Part shown: positions 58,529 through 64,000 of the stretch, piece by piece
How the letters are laid out: the number at the start of each line of letters is the position of its first letter
Position numbering within the stretch: the first letter of the stretch is position 1
DNA from: Longimicrobiales bacterium
GTDB taxonomy: Bacteria; Gemmatimonadota; Gemmatimonadetes; Longimicrobiales; RSA9
Direction: 5' to 3'
NCBI GenBank assembly: GCA_035512635.1
Contig: DATKDR010000098.1
Coordinates: forward strand, 26,273-90,272
Length of the DNA: 64,000 nucleotides
Notes under the pieces: model-generated
The model's database searches: none
Told to the model about the DNA's origin: nothing
Seen by the model: only the letters and a program-made list of their open reading frames with translations
Program-made: the position numbers and the translations under genes

Positions 58529-59086
58529 CTACGCCTGCATCGCGTGCGCGCCCTCGGCGATCTCCTCCACCATCTTCCGATTGAACGCCGGCAGGTCGTC
58601 GGGCTTGCGGCTCGTGACCAGGCCCTGATCCACGACCACCTCCTCGTCGACCCAGTCCGCACCCGCATTCTCCAGGTCCCGTCTGAGCGACGGATACGAC
58701 GTGAGGCGTCGGCCCTCGACGACGTCCGCCTCCCCCAGCATCCACGGCGCGTGGCAGATCGCCGCGACCGGCTTGCCCGCGTCGAAGAACGCGCGCACGA
58801 ACGCGACCGCCCGCTGCTCGAGTCGCAGCTTGTCCGGGTTCATCACGCCGCCCGGCAGCATCAGCGCGTCGTAATCCTCCGCGTTCGCATCCGTGAGCCG
58901 CACGTCGACGTCGACGGACTCGCCCCAGTCGTCCTTGTTCCACGCCCGGATGCTGCCCTCCTCGGGCGAGATCACATCGACCCTTGCGCCGGCATCCTCG
59001 AGCGCGCGGCGCGGGTCCAACAGCTCCACCTGCTCGAATCCATTGGTCGCGAGAATGGCCACGCGTCGGCCTTCCAGGTTCTCCAT
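58529..59086 (-). CDS. DJ-1/PfpI family protein
   Basis: RVAILATNGFEQVEL, LMLPGG and the nucleophile elbow AAICHAPW. Confidence 0.9.
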   Translation of the reverse strand: MENLEGRRVAILATNGFEQVELLDPRRALEDAGARVDVISPEEGSIRAWNKDDWGESVDVDVRLTDANAEDYDALMLPGGVMNPDKLRLEQRAVAFVRAFFDAGKPVAAICHAPWMLGEADVVEGRRLTSYPSLRRDLENAGADWVDEEVVVDQGLVTSRKPDDLPAFNRKMVEEIAEGAHAMQA

Positions 59087-59163
59087 GCCGTCCTCCTATG
59101 TTGTGGAGTCTCAACGAGTTAGACGATTACATCGATGCAAGAAATGTGCGGCGCGGCGACGCT

Positions 59164-61224
59164 TCAGCCGCGAAAATCGCGCAGCAATGGCAGCAGCTCG
59201 CTCGCCGTCGCGACGGGCGCCGCGCAGACGGCGCCGGCGCACAGGTATGCGCGCGGCGCGTCGCCGGTGACCATCGCGCGCAGCGCCTCCGGCAGACGTC
59301 CCGGCTCTACTGCGGCAGGCTCGAAGCGTCGCAGGACGGTGCGCGGGCGATGCGCGGCGCGGGCCGCGCGCCAGAGCTCGCCGCGCGTGTCGTCGACCAC
59401 GACCAGCGTGGATGCGGGGGCCACGATCCAGGCGACGGCGCGCGCCCAGGTGGCGACCATGGTGCCGAGCCGCGGCGCGGCGGCGGCGAAGGCCGCGAGG
59501 GTGCGGCGCGCCTCCTCCGTCCAGCGCGCGTCGTCGAGCACGCCCAGCCGCGCGAGCACGAGCGCCATCACGGAGTTCCCCGCGGGCACGGGCGCGTCGG
59601 TGATCGGTCGGAACGGCTGCGCGAGGAGGCCGTGCGCGGCCTCCTCGGCCGGGCGATCGAGGAACGCGCCGTCGTCGTCGCGGTAGCGGGCGAGCGCGAC
59701 CTGCGCGAGCGCGCGGGCGCGGTCGAGCCAGCGCACGTCCTGCGTCGCCTCGAACGCGTCCAGATACGCGCGGGCGACGAGCGCCTGATCCTCGAGGTAG
59801 AAGCCGGCGTCCGGATCGCCGACGCGGTGCGGCACGCCGTCGGCGGCGGGACGGTCGGCGTGGATGCGCTCGAGCGCGCGCAGCGCGATGGGCAGCGCGC
59901 GCTCGTCGCCGGCGTAGCGGTCGGCGGCGATGAAGGCGGAGGCGAGCATGGCGCTCCAGCCGCTGTAGACGGTGTCGTCGACATAGGGGCGCGCGCGGCG
60001 GTCGCGCGCGGTCTTCATGCGCCGCGCGGCTTCCTCGAGCTGCGCCGCGACGACGGTCGGCTCGCGCTCCAGCCGGTGCGCCACCTCGTCGACGGTGAGG
60101 GCGAGGAAGAGCACGTGGCGCTGCGGATCCTCGTGCATCGCGCCGCGCGCGTCGCGCAGGCCGAAGCGCAGCGCCGCGGCCTCGGCCGTGTCGTCGTCGT
60201 CGATCGCCGCGCGGGCCTCCTCGAGCGTCCAGGTCCAGTAGGCGCCGTCGTCGCCGGCGCCGACGTCGGCGTCCTGCGAGGCCGGGAAGCCGCCCTGCTC
60301 GAGCAGCTCGGGGGCGATGTCGAGATAGTAGTCGACGACGCCGCGGCAGACGTCGCGCCATTCGTCGTCGCCCAGCGCGGCGTAGGCGCGGGCGTAGGCC
60401 TCGAGCAGCGCCGCATTGTCGTACGACATCTTCTCGAAGTGCGGCACGTTCCAGCGCGCGTCGACGCTGTAGCGATGAAAGCCGCCGCCCAGGTGATCGC
60501 GAATGCCGCCGCGCGCCATGCCGCGCAGCGTCTCGTCGACCACGCGACGCGCCCACTCCTCTCCCCGATCCAGCCATCGATCGAGCAGCAGCTCGAGCGC
60601 GCCGCCGTTGGGGAACTTGGGGGCCGTGCCGAAGCCGCCGTGCCGGAAATCGAAGCTCTCGGCGAAGCCCTCGACGACGGCATCCACCAGCGCGGGCTCG
60701 AGCCGCCCCGCTCCGGCTTCGGCGCCCGCATAGGCGCTCAGGCGCTCCGCGACCTGCCGCGCCGCGCCCGCCGCCTGCTCCCGGTCCTCGTGCCAGATGC
60801 GCGCGATCTCGCTCAGCACACGCGGAAACGAAGGGCGGCCGTAGCGATCGTCCGGCGGGAAATAGGTGCCTCCGTAGAACGCCTCGCCGTCGGGCGTGAG
60901 GAAGGCGGTGAGGGGCCAGCCGCCCTGCCCCGACAGGGCCTGCACCGCGCGCTGGTACCGCGCGTCCACATCCGGCCGCTCGTCGCGGTCGACCTTCACG
61001 GCTACGAACTGCTCGTTGATCAGCGCCGCGGTCGCCGGATTCTCGTAACTCTCGTTGTCCATGACGTGGCACCAGTGGCACCACACCGCGCCGATATCGA
61101 GCAGGATCGGCCGATCGAGCTCGCGCGCGCGCTCGAACGCGTCGGCGCTCCACGGCAGCCAGGCGACGGGCTGCTCGGCGCCGTGGCGGAGGAAGGGGCT
61201 GGGTGAGGCGGCGAGAACCGACAT
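59164..61224 (-). CDS. thioredoxin-domain protein YyaL (DUF255 plus six-hairpin glycosidase-like)
   Basis: PILLDIGAVWCHWCHVMDNESYENP..VAVKVDRDERPDVD. Confidence 0.85.
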   Translation of the reverse strand: MSVLAASPSPFLRHGAEQPVAWLPWSADAFERARELDRPILLDIGAVWCHWCHVMDNESYENPATAALINEQFVAVKVDRDERPDVDARYQRAVQALSGQGGWPLTAFLTPDGEAFYGGTYFPPDDRYGRPSFPRVLSEIARIWHEDREQAAGAARQVAERLSAYAGAEAGAGRLEPALVDAVVEGFAESFDFRHGGFGTAPKFPNGGALELLLDRWLDRGEEWARRVVDETLRGMARGGIRDHLGGGFHRYSVDARWNVPHFEKMSYDNAALLEAYARAYAALGDDEWRDVCRGVVDYYLDIAPELLEQGGFPASQDADVGAGDDGAYWTWTLEEARAAIDDDDTAEAAALRFGLRDARGAMHEDPQRHVLFLALTVDEVAHRLEREPTVVAAQLEEAARRMKTARDRRARPYVDDTVYSGWSAMLASAFIAADRYAGDERALPIALRALERIHADRPAADGVPHRVGDPDAGFYLEDQALVARAYLDAFEATQDVRWLDRARALAQVALARYRDDDGAFLDRPAEEAAHGLLAQPFRPITDAPVPAGNSVMALVLARLGVLDDARWTEEARRTLAAFAAAAPRLGTMVATWARAVAWIVAPASTLVVVDDTRGELWRAARAAHRPRTVLRRFEPAAVEPGRLPEALRAMVTGDAPRAYLCAGAVCAAPVATASELLPLLRDFRG

Positions 61225-61266
61225 GTCGTCGACGCGGGCGCAGGTTCCGCGCCCGGCGCCGGCCGG

Positions 61267-61309
61267 AAAAAAACGGACGCGCTCCGGGTAGGTTCCCGAA
61301 GCGCGTCCG
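61267..61309 (-). terminator. intrinsic terminator after the TonB-dependent receptor
   Basis: On the minus strand, CGGACGCGCT, a 16-nt loop, AGCGCGTCCG (perfect 10-bp stem), then TTTTTTT (61267-61273). Confidence 0.75.
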
Positions 61310-61396
61310 CGAGAGCGATCAACCTCTCGAACCGCGACTGCTACACCGCCGGTAAGGGACGGTGCCCTCGCTCCGACGTGCGGCGCGAAAGTCGGC

Positions 61397-64000
61397 TCAG
61401 TCCCCGAACCGGAACGAGATCCCGATCGTGCGCGGCTGATTGGTCAGGTATCCGACCCGGGCCAGCGTACCGCGCTCGCGATCGAGCGCCAGGAACACGG
61501 TCTCGTCCGTCAGATTGTTGACGAACAGCGCGACCTCCCAGTTACCGCCGAGCGACACGCCGGCGCGGAGGTTCAAGATGCTGTAGGCCGGCATCTCCGG
61601 ATCGAACGTGAACGTGGTCGCGGTCAGCGGCCCGCCGATGGGTTCGCCGGATGCGTCCAGCGCCGTGATGTCGACCGTGCCCACGCCCTCCGCGTGATCG
61701 TTGATCTGCGTATAGCGGGAGCCCACGTGGTGGAAGGACCCGGTCAGGAAGGCCGGCATCTGCGCCAGGCCGAAGCGGAAGGTGGCCGCGGCCGCCGCCT
61801 CGAATTCCGGCACACCCGGCAACCGGTTCCCCTCCTCGATTCCGTCGATGACGATCTCCTCACCCGTGACCGAGACCGGCCGCGCCCCTAGCTCGGAATC
61901 GGTGAAGGTCCCGGACACCGAGAAATCGAAGAACTCGGCCGGCGCGGCCGTAAGCTCGACTTCGATGCCCCGACTGGTGGCTTCCGGAGCGTTCAGGACG
62001 AGCCGCGAGGAGCAGGTGCCCGCCGTGATGACGACCTGGTAGTCGCTGATGTCCATGTTGAACGCGGAGACGTTCAAGGAGCCGCGCCCTCCGAACAGGC
62101 TCGATTTGGCGCCGATCTCGTAGTTCCAGACCGTCTCGTCCTCCCAGGTGTTCTGCCCGGAGAACAGGGCCAAATCCTCGGGCGTGCACAGCGGAACGTT
62201 CAGCGGATCATTGATGCCGCCGAGGCGGAAGCCCTTCGCCGCCTGCGCGTTCAGGTTGAGCCAGTCCGTCGCCTCGAAGCTCGCGATGAAGCGCGGCGCC
62301 AACCCGTCCGAGTCGATGGAGCCGGGCTGTGACACGACCTCGGTCCCGGTGTTGTCGTGCGCGAAGATGCCGTCGAAGACCTGCTCGCGATCCTCGCTGA
62401 AGCTGTACCAGCGGAGTCCGCCGGTCAGATCGACCCGGCTGCCCACCGGCACGGTCGCTTCGCCGAAGAGGGCGAACTGGCTCAGGTCGTACTCCAGGTC
62501 GGAGAAGAACAGGACGTCCCGCGCCGCCCGGAGTCCCTCCGTGAAGCCGACCGGCGCGCCCAGGATCGGGGCCGCAGCCTCGTCGAATCCCTCGACGAGC
62601 AGCGTCTGCGAGTACTCCCGCTTGCTGTCGCTGTAGAACGCGCCGGCGACCCACTGGAGGCGATCGTCGACCGTGGGAAGACCGAACAGGGCGAAATCGA
62701 GTCCGCCGCTGAGCCGGAATTCCTGCGTGACCACTCTGGTTTGGGTCGAGTCGTCGAGCGGGGCATCCAGTCTGTAGATCGCTTCCGGCAGCGGCAGCGG
62801 AGCTCCTCCGGTGATGCTGCCCGTCAGTGCTCCGGCGTCGCGCACGACCAGGATGTCGCGCAGGGTCAACGACGTCACCGAGGTGAAGTCCACCGCACCG
62901 AAATCGTATCCCACATTCAGATCGGTCAGCAGGAAATCATCCGTGAACGGCTCCTCGATCTGGGTATGCTGCTCACGCTCGCCCAGAGTGATCGCCGGAT
63001 TCGTCGTCGTGAACTGGTTCGCCAGAATGTTGAAGGCATCGATGCGGTTCCACCCATCCATGTCCACCCTCTGAAACAGCACGCGCGGCGTAATGCTTAA
63101 ATTCGCCACCGGCTCGAAGCGAAGCGCGGCACGCGCGCCCATGCGTTGCCCGCTGTTGACGTCGTCCTCCAGCCGGTAGTCGACCAGGGTGTCGGCCTCC
63201 AGCACAGGCTGCTGGGAGTCGATGTAGCCGCCGTACATCGTGTAGTAGGCCACGATCCGCGCGGCCGCCGAGCGGCCAAGTGGCGCGTTCACGCCGACCT
63301 TCACGTTCCCGCCGGGGCCGCCGCCGTCGATGAACGATCCGCCCACCTCACCGAAGACGCTGGTCGCGCCGAGCACCGGCTGATTGCTGATGTAGCGGAC
63401 CGTGCCGGAGAGGGAGCCCGCACCGAACAGCGTTCCCTGCGGACCACGCAGGACCTCGATGCGCGATACGTCGAACAGATCCAGGTCGGGCGTGAACAGC
63501 GACAGGGAGATGGGCGCGTCGTCGAGATAGGCGCCCACCTGCTCCTTCACTCCCGGCTGATCGCGCGCGATCTGTCCACCCGACGCTCCGCGGATCGCGA
63601 CCGTGCTCTGCCCCGGCCCCAGATTCTGCACGCTGAAGCCCGCGACGTTGGCCGCGACGCCCTCGATGTCGTCAACGCCGCGCGACCGCAGCACCTCGGC
63701 GGTGGGCGCCGCGATCGAGAAGGGCACGTCGATCAGCTCCTGCTCCCGCAGCATGGCCGTCACGACGAGCGTTTCGAGCTGGATCGTCTCGAGCCTCAGG
63801 TCGAGCGAAACCGTCGCGCCCGAGCTGACCTGGACATTGGCACGTGCGGACTCTCGAAAGCCGAAAAGCGACGCCGTGACGGTGTACGTGCCCACAGGGA
63901 CGTCGGTAAGTGCGTAGCGGCCATCGGACGCCGCGACGGTGCTCCTGGAGACGCCGGTGGCGCGGTTGCTGGCGGTGACCCTGGCGGCCGGCAGCGGGGC
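61397..64000 (-). CDS. TonB-dependent receptor with N-terminal CarboxypepD_reg-like domain (5' end beyond window)
   Basis: The frame stays open to the window edge (..DGRYALTDVPVGTYTV..). Plug motifs TLVVTA and IEVLRGPQGTLFGAGSLSGTVRYI, followed by a long beta-barrel. Confidence 0.9.
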   Translation of the reverse strand, partial: APLPAARVTASNRATGVSRSTVAASDGRYALTDVPVGTYTVTASLFGFRESARANVQVSSGATVSLDLRLETIQLETLVVTAMLREQELIDVPFSIAAPTAEVLRSRGVDDIEGVAANVAGFSVQNLGPGQSTVAIRGASGGQIARDQPGVKEQVGAYLDDAPISLSLFTPDLDLFDVSRIEVLRGPQGTLFGAGSLSGTVRYISNQPVLGATSVFGEVGGSFIDGGGPGGNVKVGVNAPLGRSAAARIVAYYTMYGGYIDSQQPVLEADTLVDYRLEDDVNSGQRMGARAALRFEPVANLSITPRVLFQRVDMDGWNRIDAFNILANQFTTTNPAITLGEREQHTQIEEPFTDDFLLTDLNVGYDFGAVDFTSVTSLTLRDILVVRDAGALTGSITGGAPLPLPEAIYRLDAPLDDSTQTRVVTQEFRLSGGLDFALFGLPTVDDRLQWVAGAFYSDSKREYSQTLLVEGFDEAAAPILGAPVGFTEGLRAARDVLFFSDLEYDLSQFALFGEATVPVGSRVDLTGGLRWYSFSEDREQVFDGIFAHDNTGTEVVSQPGSIDSDGLAPRFIASFEATDWLNLNAQAAKGFRLGGINDPLNVPLCTPEDLALFSGQNTWEDETVWNYEIGAKSSLFGGRGSLNVSAFNMDISDYQVVITAGTCSSRLVLNAPEATSRGIEVELTAAPAEFFDFSVSGTFTDSELGARPVSVTGEEIVIDGIEEGNRLPGVPEFEAAAAATFRFGLAQMPAFLTGSFHHVGSRYTQINDHAEGVGTVDITALDASGEPIGGPLTATTFTFDPEMPAYSILNLRAGVSLGGNWEVALFVNNLTDETVFLALDRERGTLARVGYLTNQPRTIGISFRFGD

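Overview
Very GC-rich bacterial chromosomal window; third codon positions are almost all G/C. The gene content (TonB-dependent receptor with a CarboxypepD_reg-type N-terminus, DUF2911, orthocaspase, LemA/DUF2207) suggests a Gemmatimonadota-like diderm, which is inference only. About 60 protein genes are supportable. Most are housekeeping: a trpE-G-D-C operon, ddl, mutS, sucA, trpS, priA and carB. I saw no rRNA, tRNA, CRISPR array, transposase or integrase. Four things stand out. (1) A minus-strand locus at 11.0-20.3 kb has a three-gene outer-membrane module duplicated on both sides of a secreted TPR-orthocaspase; the module is a PPC-domain lipoprotein, a FadL/PorV-like beta-barrel and a small Gly-tailed lipoprotein. 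(2) A dense family of register-keeping 7-nt tandem arrays (8 loci) and 5-nt arrays (2 loci) fills intergenic gaps, mostly abutting stop codons and often built as two roughly complementary arms. (3) A trp leader peptide with three consecutive Trp codons, followed by a perfect 12-bp stem and T-run, lies upstream of trpE. (4) An ~80-nt dispersed repeat occurs three times, once as a ~200-bp inverted pair. All family calls come from motif recognition by eye with no database search. Start codons are inferred from RBS, overlap and signal-peptide logic and may be off. The many long Arg/Ala/Pro-rich ORFs antisense to real genes are treated as GC shadow ORFs.
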